Shown piece by piece: positions 41,521-53,249 of a DNA stretch of 64,000 bases. This DNA comes from Lama glama (lineage: Eukaryota). Location: positions 14,324,001 through 14,388,000 of the forward strand of contig CM052832.1 of the NCBI GenBank assembly GCA_028534125.1, in the 5' to 3' direction. Below the pieces are notes generated by a model, which searched no databases, was not told the origin of the DNA, and saw only the letters and a program-made list of their open reading frames with translations. The position numbers were made by a program, and so were the translations under genes. Position 1 is the stretch's first letter. Each line of letters starts with the position of its first letter.

Positions 41521-41803
41521 TTCATAGAGACAGATAGTAGAATAGAGGTTACCATGAGCTGAGGGAGGGGGAGTTGGAGGAGAGGAGGGGGAGTTACTGT
41601 TTAATGAGCATGGAGTTTTTCTGGGGGATGATGAAAGGTTTGGGGTATAGATAATGGTGAGGGTTACACAACAGTCTGAATTTAATTTATTTGAAGCCAT
41701 TGAATTGTACACTCAACAAACAGTTAAAATGATAAATATTACTCTGTCTTCTACCACAATAAAAAAACTGCAATAACTTATAAAAACAAAACAAAACCAA
41801 ACC
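41521..41803 (+). mobile_element. L1 3'-end fragment
   Basis: catagagacagatagtagaatagaggttacca..gatgatgaaagg..cattgaattgtacact..cacaataaaaaaa; TSD ctgttctctg at 41511-41520 and 41804-41813. Confidence 0.85.
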
Positions 41804-44800
41804 CTGTTCTCTGCATTTCTTTTGAAACTGACTTCAAATAGACTGGCCCTCCAATCTGTGCAGCTGGAGTCTTTGTCAGGAGATCATTATACTTTGCTTT
41901 AGGCTGGTGATTGTAGAGAATTATGGATGACAGAAATGATTGAAACTGATTTGTGCCTCAAGTGTTTGAGATTCCTTCACCTCTCCCCAATAATGTCTAT
42001 TCAGGAAAACCTTGTCTTTACCAGTCAGAAAAATAAAAGAAAATGCACAGGCCACCATCTAAAGTGGGCCTGGTTTAAGAAAATCTCTTCTGTGAAATCT
42101 CAGATTTGGAGAACAAATTGGTGGCAGATGATTTGCCTTACAAAAGACTGATTCATGTAACAAAAGAGTTTACTCAAAGGTTCCTTTAAGAAGAGAGCCC
42201 CCTGGTGCATTTAATATTATTAAATTAAAAAAAAAATCATCCCGACCATTCAAGGACATTGCACTGTAAATATGTGAATGCATTGTATTGTGTTGTAAGA
42301 GTGGGAATAAAGAAGTTAGGACTCTTTGACAAATGGACCATTTTGGCCCAAATTAACACAAGGAGGAAACAAGATGAGTGTTCTTGGCTTAAAATCCTGG
42401 CGTCTTTCTAATAAGGCTTTGGGAGTTTGTGATTTATTTAAGACCAGTTAAGCTCAAGGCCCATGATGTGTCCATTTTGAGAACTTAGGGTCGAAGTTCT
42501 AACCCTGCTCAGGCTGACCCCCATCACCTGCCCTAATCAAAAAGGCCCTCAGACGTGAGCTCAACTCTGTCCTGTGATGGCAGAGAAATATATCTGTTGC
42601 CAGAAAGCGGATTCTCTCCGGTGATGAAGAATGATCCTTATTTATGTCTGCATAGGTACATTCTGGGACCCATAAAGGTTTAATTGTCCCTCTAACTAGT
42701 TTTTAAAAAAAACCCACAAAGAGGCTGCCAGCTTTCCCCAGAGTTTAAAACCAACTGAATGCGGTTCTGTGGAAACTGCTTTAAGTGTGTAACTCGCGCC
42801 GTGTCCTGGGGCACAAGGCACGATTGTTTTGGGGGATCGAAAGATGCAGCTCTTAGGAGGACTTTTAAAGTCAGTTTTTGTGGCTTTGGGCTGCTGCTGA
42901 CCCTGGCTTGCTCTACAGAGAGAGAGAGCCTACCTCTCTCTCACCAGAAGCCTTCCTCTGCTACTCCCAGGGTGCCACTGCCCCCTACTGCCACCTTCTG
43001 GGTCAAGGGGACACCCCCACCCCCACAGGACCCTAAACGTCCTCTCTGCTCTCTCAGAGGTTGTCTTTGCTGGTTTAAAAGACTTGCAGGAAGCTAAGGG
43101 CAGAGGAGAGACAGAAAGAGAGGAAACATGTCTATGAGACAAAGGGAAAGACACTGGTACCCGAAACTGGGCCCAGAGAGACCCTCCGCCTGACCCCTCA
43201 ACACTGCTCAACATCCCCCCCACCCCGATTTGTGCCTGTTTGTTCCTTCGACAATGGTTGACGGGGCACCTACCATGTGAATGAAGTGCATACATTTCCT
43301 GCTCTCAGAAAGCTCAGAGTCTCTCAGTGGAGTTAAACATTCAGTAAAGGTTAATCATGCAAACAAACGTATAACTGCAAACTGCAGTGACTGCTCTGAA
43401 GAAAAAGCACAGGGTGTTGGGAGAAGCTGGCGGAAGGCTGTGGAAGGTTCTCTGAGGAAGTTACACCTCGTAAGCTTGACCTGAAGAATGACAGTGAGGT
43501 GGATGGGGTTAGAGGAAGGAGTAGCATCCCAGATGGAAGGGACAGTACCAGCAAAGACCCCACAGCAGAAAGGAGCAGGGCTGGAGAAGCAGGCAGTCAA
43601 CGCTGTGCCAGCGTCTTCTTCGTCTTTTCTTTGAGCCCCCTTTCCTGAAAACATTAGGGATGGTTTCCCCACCCATTACGTTGTACTTTGAGCTTCAAAG
43701 GGCCTCGTCCAGACTGCCCCCAGGTTACCTCAACTCTTCTCACACTCCTCCTGGTTTCTGTGAAGAAAACACATTTGTCAAAAGACTAAAGCAAATAGTT
43801 GGGATGTGCGGTTCTGTACCGTAAGGGAGGCTATAATGAAGTCAATCCCAGTTTACACGACTCCAAATGGTTCCATTTAAATGTCCCACCCTGTGTTTAC
43901 GCGTCCCTACCGCTTTAGTTGACTGTTTATCTTCAGTATACTCTACTCTACTTGCAGTCTTGGCTTCTATGTAACTTCATCTCTTACTTTTTCCATTCTG
44001 TGGCCTATCATTTACATTTTTCTTTCGGAAATGTAAATATTTATTTACAGTATTAGCTTTGACTTTTGCTTAGCTCTATATACTATGGAGTGAATGGGCT
44101 GCGGTATGAGTTCTAGTCCTGAATTTTCTGTAAACTGATGGTGACGTTAGCCAAGTCATTGAACCTCCCTGAGCCTAAGATGGTTCTTCGTAAAATGAGT
44201 TGTTTTTCATTTTTGTTATTTTGTTTTGTTTTAGCTGGCAGATCTGTATTCAGGATTCCTCTTAATTTCTGTGGTTCTGTGCCTCTCACAGACAGCCACC
44301 TAGGAGTTCTTTTCCATCCTTCTCTGTATCCAGCCCTCTTTCAGAATGTCTTTGTGGGGGATTGACTTTCTGTATAATTTGTTCTTGTGGGGTAGCATAC
44401 CCAGGATAGTATGTAACAAATGAGAACAGATCATATTATTGGGCTTGGGTTAAAGTGCACATGTGTGGGGAAGTGGTTGAGAACTAGGAAAATTCTAGCT
44501 GCAGGCTTGAAATTCCCTTAGACTGCCTCTCAACCGGGTATATGCACCCGTGGGGCACAGGGATACAGAGGGGTATGCCAGCAAGTATAGGAAGCTCTTC
44601 CTTCTGGAACAAGAATTCTACTCAAAGATGTGAGGAGAGCAAACAGATTTCAGTATTAAAGCAAACATATGACATCTTAGTTTAAAAGGGGAGCTCTGGG
44701 CTGGACCGCTTTGGGCACACTGAAATGTGAGAGGAAACAGGACTTCTACTTCTGTCCTTGGGTTGTTTGAGAAATACTCGCCTTTTGGGTCTTTTGAAAT

Positions 44801-45849
44801 ATGTATACTTAATAGGGTAAAAGTGTTAAGTTACTCAGGAGGGGCACTCCTGCTAAATAAAATGGATATATGTGGAAAATCCAATTTCACCCATTAGGAG
44901 AGTATAAAGGGGTCCTGAAGGTTGATGGGGAGCCAGGCTGAACCCATTTCCAAAGACCAAATCAGTTGCACAATCTGGCTTAAGATTCTGCCTCATGGCT
45001 GGGTTTGAACGGATCCAAACATTTGGAAGATCTCTCACCCTTTCTCCAACCTCCAGTACAAAAAAATCCTTTTTTGTACTCCATTCTGGGTACTCCATTA
45101 TATGTTAGTTATATTTTCTTGTTTATACAGCTTCTCCACCAGAGTCAGGGAGGTGGCATGAATTAAGAAAATGTACATCTGATCGAGTCAAGACCTGCTT
45201 GCCACATGACTCTTGGAAACTCCGTGAAATCTCTCTGATCCCCAGTCTGCTGATCTATTAAATGGTCCAACAGAACACCTGCCTTGCCTACTCAACAGGT
45301 AGGATTGTGTGCAAAGCATATGGATTTGCAATGTAAAAGCATTCTGTAGATCATTAAACAAAAATCAGTTATTATTAACTAAGATCCCAAAGGGAAGGAG
45401 AGTTTATCTCTCACATCATCTTTCTATTCTCCTCAACCTCTAACTTTTGCCTAGTTGGTTCTAATAACTATTAAAGATAAGATCATGAAATGCTGTCCCC
45501 AGGCTGACCCTGAGAAAACTCTAATTCTGTCTTTCTCTCCCACCCCCATCCTTCCCTCCCCTTCTGGTCTCAGTCTCCTCTTTCCCTCCATGTTCTCCCA
45601 CACCACTATTTCTTCCTACTGCCCCTTCCAGAGAATTCAGGTTAGAAGACAACACTTAAAGAGGCTGTGTAATACAGAAGAATGAACTGCTGGAGTAATT
45701 TCATGCGTTAGCAGGGAGAGTTTCATGGCAATGCCATTTTGGTGGGAAAATAAACCGATGTCATTCTGGAAACTCTCTCAGAAATAAAAATGCCCAAAAA
45801 GAATTCTGGAAAGTTTTTTTTTTTTAAGAGAAATCAACAAGCCAACCTA

Positions 45850-45933
45850 GACTGAAAAATTGTACTGAACACTGGAATTTGACACAACACTGTAAAATGA
45901 TTATGAATCAATAAAAATGTAAAAAAAAAAAAA
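45850..45933 (+). mobile_element. Very short, young L1 3' end with poly(A)
   Basis: gactgaaaaattgtactgaacactggaatttgacacaacactgtaaaatgattatgaatcaataaaaatgt(A)n; perfect 14 bp TSD aacaagccaaccta at 45836-45849 and 45934-45947. Confidence 0.9.
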
Positions 45934-47059
45934 AACAAGCCAACCTAAATATCACCCGATATAATAATGAAGAATCATATTTTCATTGAATGCTTTGCTG
46001 AAGTCATACAACCTCCTCCCACATCTCCAGGCTTTGGGGTGTAGGCCAGCCCGCTTCACGGTTGATGTCCCTGAGGGAAATACCAGGAAAGGGTGATGAG
46101 GAGGAAGGGTCAGGTTTAGTATGTTATTGGTTTAAGATACTCTCTGGCTAAACAGTAACTCTGCTAGGCCATTCCCCTCATATCTGCCTGGGCCTCAGGG
46201 TGAAGTGGCTTTTCGTAAGCAGAAATGTTTTTGGACTTCATAATTTTCCCCTTCAAAATGCAGGAGTTGTGCAAGAAAAATCCACATTCCACACTAACAA
46301 GGGAAAGGTTATAATGAGAACTTGGTTTCTCACAGGCAGTATTTTTTCATCTTTTATTTCATTTTTAAAAATTTTTTAAGTAAGCTTTTGTGGTAAGAAA
46401 TCAAGTCAGAGTAATAAAGAAGGATGGGAGAATGTGGAGTGGAAACTTCCTTTTCATTTTTTCTCCCAAAGTGCAGGGATGTGAGGGGAGGAGGGGGTGT
46501 CACTCCAGTTCCTCATATCACTCCAGGGGCAACAGAGCAGACCAGGAACTAAGAAAAGCCACCGGACCTAGGGTCTGGAGCTCAGGGATCAGCTCCCAAG
46601 TCACAGACGAGCCTCAGGCCAGGAATTCAGTGGGACGATCCCACACTGCCTCCCAGCCCCCATGCCTGCTCTGACCAGCACCTGGCATGAGTTCTCAGTA
46701 TCCACACCTGTAGAATGGGAGAAGGGCTCTCCTCTCACAATGTGCTTAGGAAACCACCCGCCTTGGTGTGGTTGTTTCTTGGGCATCATGAAAGGCTGAA
46801 AATAAAGAAAACACAGCGTTTCATCTCTTCCTAAGTAGATCCAGGTGATCCTTTTCGTGGAGGGTGTAAGATGTCGGGCAGAGAGGGGCCCCAGGGACCA
46901 GGTAACCAGAGGTCTGGAAAACTTCGAGCCCTCGAGGACCGAGGCACGAGCCCTCCGCTTCTGCCCCAGGTGGGCCCAATCCTGTTGCCCGGGAGATGAG
47001 CGGTGGTTTGTGTTCAAATCCCGGAGTCTACTATCTTGGCGCAACGGGCGGGGGTGCGC

Positions 47060-47205
47060 GTGGAGTCCGCCCTCTCCTCCGCGCTGCCGCCCTGGCCCCG
47101 CTAGGCCGCCGCCCCCTGCCGCCCCGCCGCGGTGGTACAGCCCGAGCCTCCAGGTGCGAGGCCGCCCAGCAGACTCCAGAGTGGCTGAGGGCCGCCCCTG
47201 AGGAG
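47060..47205 (+). other. TCP11: Probable non-coding exon 1 of TCP11 (start approximate)
   Basis: Donor GAG|gtgaga at 47205/47206 (weaker alternative CAG|gtgcga at 47153) upstream of acceptor cccag| at 47469/47470; TSS cannot be read from sequence. Confidence 0.6.
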
Positions 47206-47483
47206 GTGAGAGGCTCCGGGGCCCTGCTGGCTTGGGGCGGAAGTTTCTGGCACGGGGACAACCCTTCTGGCCTCAGTTTCCTGGTTGCGCTTCCCCATCC
47301 CCGCTCCCCCAGGCTCCTCTGCCCCTGACCGTCCCGAGAGACCTTAAAGCTGCCCACCCTTCTCTTGGCTTGACCAGGTCGGGCGCTGCCGGCCGGGCCC
47401 CAGACCCCCTTGGTCGTTGGAGAACCTCCTTCCTCGCCGCCCACAACGCCCCATCTCTCCCCAACCCAGATTTCATCAGCAAA

Positions 47484-47607
47484 ATGCCAGGCGTGGAGGA
47501 AGATGTGCCCCTTAAGGATCCTCGCGTTACAGAGAGCCGGCCATGTAAGCCTGAAACCTCAGGACCGACGCAGGAAGACAAGAGCAGCCCCGAGGACCAC
47601 CCTTCCT
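47484..47607 (+). CDS. TCP11: TCP11 (T-complex protein 11) exon 2, first coding exon
   Basis: Acceptor at 47470, aaaATG at 47484; MPGVEEDVPLKDPRVTESRPCKPETSGPTQEDKSSPEDHPS resembles human MPDVKESVPPKYPGDSEGRSCKPETSGPPQEDKSGSEDPPP; phase-1 donor T|gtaggt. Confidence 0.9.
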
Positions 47608-48930
47608 GTAGGTCAAGCCCCGCGGGCCCCCGGCCCTCGGGGGTGCTTGGTGTGGGTCAGGTGGGAAGGAGCCCGCGGCCCCGCACTTGTCTCTCCCCCT
47701 TTTGGTTTGTTTGCCCTTCACCTTGTCTGCCCCCACCCCAGTTTCTACTTTCAGGCCCCATTTCCCCTATTGACCAGAAAATCTTCAGTTAAAGAAGTGA
47801 AGGTAGTTACTTGAATCTGACAAGATTTGAGGCTGAGTTAGTTCAGAGCCGTCTTTGTATTCTTTTGAATTTGTAGGTGGAAAATGGCAGACACCTGGGG
47901 TAGATTTTAAAGAACCAAAATGATCCCAGGTGGCCATCCTATTGCGGCATACTGTGTTTTCCACACTTTGGGTCTGAATCTCACTGGGAGTCATCTTGCA
48001 TTTCTCTTATAATGATCTCCAGATAATTTAAACAGCCATCAGTCTGAAGGCCTGTCCACCTACAACAACCTGAGTTAAATTCTCGAAGATTGAAATGGGC
48101 AAAATTAGTTGGAGACCTTGCTAGAACAGAATCAAATTTTTTTCTCTTGTAGCCACATGGGGTCGCTGCTGGCTAACGAAAAGCGGCAAGTTGGGCGCTT
48201 TAGAATCCCGATAGTACTTAATAGATAGAACCTGATGTGGGGTGAAACATCAGGTAAAACAAAACAAAACAAAAATCCCAAGATATTTAAGTTCTTGAGG
48301 TTATTTAAATGAATCCATAGGTAGCATAACTCAGTAACCTGAAAAACCAAATTCCTCTTCTAGAAAAAGTTTGAAATGGTACATACTAGGTTGACTTGGT
48401 TAAGTTACTTACCAAATTATCTTGAAAATTTCTTTGTCCTTGGGATCTGGATTTTTAAAATCTACTTTAGTTACTTTTTACCTCTCATTTCCCTTTGAGC
48501 CTTCCTCATTCCTGAATTTTATAGCTATAGGCATTGCAAAGTGCTGTGGTACTTTTGAGCAACAGAACAGTCTTGTCAAAGCAGGCCATGAGCTTTGATT
48601 TGTTGTAGTTGGAAAGTGTTTCTGTGTATAATATTTCCCTCAGTCCTTCAGTAAGCAGCTCCAAGCAGCTCAATCTCCCTTTGAAGATTTTCTCTTAGTT
48701 CTGATGTTGCATTAGTGAGTTAGCAATAAATCTGTTTACGTATTTGACTGTGTTTTGCCATTTTGGTTGAAACTGAAGACTTCAGAGAGGCTTCAAAAAT
48801 AAAAGGAACTTCCTGTCCACTTAAGATGTAATTCACTTTTATGTTTACCTAAGGAGAGACTCTGGCTTTTTGGTAAATTTTAGTCGCCTTTTCCTCTTAA
48901 CTTTTATTTTGAAATATTTCAAATCTGTTG

Positions 48931-48962
<32 letters not shown>

Positions 48963-49119
48963 CCCGCATTGCTAATGTTCTGTTGTTTTTCCTCTCCTTC
49001 TATTATACGTACGTATTTCTTAAAGTTTACAGTCATAACTTTACCTCTGAATACTTCATGTATCTTCTAAGAATAGAGGCATTCTCCTATGAAATCTCTT
49101 TTCTGCAATAATTTTATTT

Positions 49120-49290
49120 CTCCTTTTTACATTTTAAAATCTTTTTACTTATGGAAAACTTAAGCATATACAAAAGTAGAGAGACTGGTATAATGAACCC
49201 CCATTTACTCATCACCCAGCTTCAACAATTATCAACTCATGGCCAATCTTAGTTCATTTATATCCCCTCCACATCTTGGAGCCAAATACT
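49120..49290 (-). mobile_element. Old L1 (L1ME-like) 3' fragment
   Basis: aagcatatacaaaagtagagagactggtataatgaacccccat..catcacccagcttcaacaattatcaactcatggccaatctt. Confidence 0.7.
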
Positions 49291-50190
49291 TTGCTGTGAA
49301 CAAATTATGAAGCTTCACTGAAAGACAGAAAATATGATTTATTATGTGCAGCTTCCTTTTATATGCCAAGTAATCATTGTAACCCCCATCTGTGCATGTT
49401 ATGTGAGAATGCTATCAGCTAGGTCTGTACTAAGAACCTAGATCAGTGGCTCCCAAATGCTAGTGCTGGTTTGTGACAAAATTCTTAGCAATATTTAGTG
49501 ATACAAAATAAAGGTATTGCAGTAAGTTTTTCCTAAAGCTACATTGATCCAGTTTTAAGGACTACTCTTTATTCTGACAATATTCCCTTTCTACTTTTCT
49601 GGAAGTTAAACTACCTTTTCTTTTATGAAATGATTTTGGTTGTGGTAGAGTGGATTTTTTAAATTTGCTTATTTCATACTGTCCATACTTGGCATAACAA
49701 AAAGTTGGCAAGTTGTTGTCAGTTGCTCAAAATCTTCTTGGAAATTTTACTAGTCTGAAATCCTAAATTCTGGAAACTACTGCTTTAGAAGACCAGTTAC
49801 ATTGACACTGTTCAGGATCATCTGTACAGAGAATATAACTTTCATCAGAGGCAGGAAGAGGAGATTGGAATCACAATACTCTTGGATAACCATTTATTTT
49901 TTTTCAAATCATCAATTATTCTTTGCTGCTTTACTTAACAGTTTTTGATCAGTTTCACTTTTTTTTCTTTAATGCAGTATCTTCTTAGCCCTCCCTTACC
50001 CCCATTCTGGGCTGCTCTAGGTTCTATCATGGGGCCTAGAGTTCAGAAAACAAAAATGACTGGGATGGTTGAGTGAGTTTGTGTAAGATCAGTCTGATGA
50101 ATCTAAATGTGGCTCCTACACAGTAGAATGAATCTCTGAATAAAATAGAAGTTCAGACTGGTGCGGATTCCCTGTTATCCACTGTAAGTT

Positions 50191-50249
50191 GTTTTTTTCC
50201 CTCCAGTTGAGGTGTAATTGACATATACTGGTTTCAGGTATACACCATA
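50191..50249 (-). mobile_element. ~60 bp antisense L1 3' terminus at the TCP11 exon 3 acceptor
   Basis: ttgaggtgtaattgaca/tatactggtttcaggtatacaccata aligns, with one 8 nt gap, to the reverse complement of the L1 end at ~34748-34797 of this window (ttgagatataattgacacataacattatattagtttcaggtgtacaacata); preceded by a T-rich tail. Confidence 0.75.
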
Positions 50250-50264
50250 CGTTCTTTGTCACAG

Positions 50265-50361
50265 GTGTGATAGATACAGTTAATGATGTTTCCAAGCTGA
50301 GCAGTGAGATTGGGATGAATCATGATTTCCACGTGGAAGAAAAAGTTTTGCCTCCAAGCAG
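50265..50361 (+). CDS. TCP11: TCP11 exon 3 (acceptor ambiguous: 50265 or in-frame 50238)
   Basis: VIDTVNDVSKLSSEIGMNHDFHVEEKVLPPS resembles human LTETVNEVSKLSNKIGMNCDYYMEEKVLPPS; acceptor tttgtcacag|, phase-2 donor AG|gtacag. Confidence 0.85.
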
Positions 50362-50667
50362 GTACAGGCTCTTCTGATTTTCCCCTTTTATTCATTCTGG
50401 TTTAGGTATTTAGTACTAAGGGCTTCTGACCAGATTTGAGGCATTTTTATTTAATAACGCAATCAGTGTTTGAATATAAGCCATATTTAAACAGAAGAGT
50501 AATAAGTTAATACTTATTAGTATCAGAGGATCTTTTTTTTAATCAAGTAGAATGGGATATATTTGATAATTATTTATTGTTAAGATGTTCACTTTGGGGT
50601 CCCAATTAATAATAAAGTACTTAGGGTAGATTTCAGATCTCCTCTGGCACATGTGGAGGAATTGGCC

Positions 50668-51135
50668 CATAGTAGCTATCTGTTGCTGCATAACAAACCA
50701 CCCCCACACTTAGCTGCTAAAACTGTTCATTATCTCACAGTTTCTGTGGGTCAGGGATATGGGCATGGTTTTTGTGTGCCTCTGGCTCAAGGTCTCTCAT
50801 GAGGTGCAGTTGGTCTGTTGACTGTTGGCCTAAGCCAGGCCCCCCACTCCCCCGGTTCCTTGTCATCTGGGCCTCCCCGCAGGGCAACCAACAACCTGGC
50901 TGCTGGCTTCCCTTATTCAGGGTGAGAAAGCAAGGGAGTAAATGCATAAGATACTGAGACCGTGCCCAGGACAAAAACCAGCCTTTTTTCTACCTAATCT
51001 CAGAAGTGACATCCATGGCCTCTGCTACATTTTGTTTGCTGGAAAGGAATCCATAAACCCAGACCGCACTCCAGGGTACAGGATTACATCAGGGTGTGAA
51101 TACCGGGGATCACAGATCTTTGGGGTCGTTTTATC
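50668..51135 (-). mobile_element. MaLR LTR (older MLT1-type)
   Basis: tagctatctgttgctgcataacaaaccaccccc..attatctcacagtttctgtgggtcagg..ctcagaagtgacatc..ggtgtgaatacc. Confidence 0.8.
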
Positions 51136-51403
51136 CATTGCCTCCTTCATTGCTTCTATCGGTAACTCTTTTATGTGATCACAGATTAAACAGGCACAGA
51201 TAAAAAGATTGATTGTTTTTAACTCTCCCTCACCTCATAAATCAGCTTAATTTGTGAATCAGGATCAGAACCCTGTTGATAAATAATGTTCTACCCCCTG
51301 CCTTGCTGTGTAACCTGCTTCAGTGTCTGCAGCCTATGAGCAGAGGCCAGGCAATGAATTAGGGCCACAGTTTGCTCTGGCATGGGACTATCAAGCCTTA
51401 TTT

Positions 51404-51541
51404 AAAAAAAATTTTTTTGGTGGGGGGAGCAGAAATAGGTTTTGTTTTTATTTATTTTTTTAATGGAGGTCCTAGGGATTGAACCCGGGACGTCATGCAT
51501 GCTAAGCACACACTCTACCACTGAGCTGTACCCACCCCCTC
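51404..51541 (-). mobile_element. Vic-1-type SINE
   Basis: ggaggtcctagggattgaacccggga..catgctaagcacacactctaccactgagct; 14 bp TSD atcaagccttattt at 51390-51403 and 51542-51555. Confidence 0.9.
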
Positions 51542-52139
51542 ATCAAGCCTTATTTTTGATTCTTAGTTATATTGACATTGCAATAAATAAATAAGAACCA
51601 TTCAGTAAGTATGACTTGTATAGCTCTGCTGGTTTACTGGCGGTTAAGTGGGTATATTCAGTATCAGATGTTACATTTTAAGATAGTTCTACTTTCCTAC
51701 CAATAGATGGATATGTGATGGCAGCTTGTGATTAGTCAGTTTCCTTGTGATTTGTGAACTTCTGTTACTAAAGTGCTTGTTGTCACAAGTTGCTGTCCTC
51801 GTCGTCATGCTCTGACTTGCCCTTGCTAGCAGATGTCCATGCCAAGCATAGGTTCTCAGGAAACAGGTTTTCACCAAAACCCAGACCTTCTAGCATCTCT
51901 GTCACTGCTTAGATACGACAGGAGAACAAATGAGTAGAGGAAATGAGAGAGGGAGAAATGAAGCAGAGGAAATAGTACTACTCACAGCTGGGTTTTCAAG
52001 TAAGGTAATAAAAAATTTATGTCAGGAAAAATGTTGAAATTGAGTTTGAGGTTACTCTTTATTGGCAGTTGGCTTTGCTTTGGGCTCAGGATGATGTTAA
52101 TTACAGTTGTAGGTTCCTAAGGGAAATCCCACGTTTGGG

Positions 52140-52830
52140 CATTCGTTCATCAGGCATTCATTGAGTCCTTAGTATGTGGTGGACAAAATGCTGAATCCTG
52201 GGGATAGATCCAGCTACAGCTATAAGTAAACAAGGCACTTGTTTGTAGGAGAGACCGTTGAATAACAGAAAATGACTGATAAGTTCACTCATAGCTGTGT
52301 GTATAGAGTTTAATGAAAGTTCTCAGCTGCCCAAGCATCAGAGAAGATTTATCTACGGAGGAGGAATTTGCCTGTTGAAGACTTGAGTCTTAGAGGTGGT
52401 TTAGGTGGGAAAGAATGCTCCTGGCAGAGGAAACATGTTGGAAGCAGAGTGGTCGCAGAATATGATATGAGCTTAACAAATACCTTGGTGTGGTTGAGCA
52501 CAAGGTAATTTGAAGCAGAAAATCAATTGGAAAGGAGGCAGAGCAATATCAGGAAGGGCCATATAAACCATTTATGCTGCTGGTGACGGGAAGCCCTAGA
52601 GGACTCTAAGTGAGCATGACCTCATGATAAGAATTGTATCTTAGAAAAATAATTGATTTTTGAATGAATTGGTGGAGAACAGATTAAGAAGGGACAAGAT
52701 TAAAGGAAGAGGGGCCAGTTAATGGCCTGTTGCAGTAGTTCAGGTAAGAGAAAATGTAGGAGGGGATGAATTCCAGAGACATTTAAAAAAAAAAAACAAT
52801 TTATGGAACTTGGAAGATGGATAGGATAAA
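52140..52830 (-). mobile_element. L2 LINE fragment
   Basis: cattcgttcatcaggcattcattgagt..agtatgtg start; ggcagaggaaac..; ggcctgttgcagtagttcaggtaagaga. Confidence 0.65.
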
Positions 52831-53000
52831 TAGGATGAGGAGGAAAGCTGTAAATACAATCTGGTACACAACAGAATAGATTATAGTTGGTTACTTCTGA
52901 TTCATATTGGTGTGTGGGGAGAGGAATTTTGATTTTTGTTTTCATTCATCTTTGTATTGCTTGTTTTTTGTTTTATAAGGAGCTTGCATTACTACTGTAC

Positions 53001-53073
53001 GGAGGTACTGGGAATGAACCCAGCATCTCGTGCATGCTAAGCAGGCGCTCTACCGCTGAGCTGTACCCTCCCA
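53001..53073 (-). mobile_element. Tailless tRNA-Ala-like / Vic-1 head-only retrocopy
   Basis: Minus strand gggagggtacagctcagcggtagagcgcctgcttagcatgcacgagatgctgggttcattcccagtacctcc with A and B boxes; no SINE tail; flanked by tactgta at 52993-52999 and 53079-53085. Confidence 0.75.
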
Positions 53074-53249
53074 CCAAATACTGTATTTTTTTTAAGGGGG
53101 TACGTTTATTTCAAGAAAAGTAATGAGTATTTGGCAGTTACTAGGTGCAGCCTTGGAATTTTCAAATGATTCTTTTTCTTCTTATTAGTCTAACTGCAGA
53201 GGTCAGAGACCTCATTTAAATAAGCATTCAGAGAAAAATTGCTTCTTAA

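Larger units (their letters stand above)
46850..47690. promoter_or_regulatory. CpG island / promoter of TCP11
   Basis: CpG-rich block with GC boxes (gggcgggg ~47046, ccgccc ~47067) spanning the non-coding exon and first coding exon. Confidence 0.85.

Noticed and set aside
47232..47792. 186 aa ORF suggesting an extended TCP11 N-terminus
   Set aside because: Starts at TTG in intron 1 and reads through the exon 2 donor; only 47484-47607 is supported by homology and splice sites.
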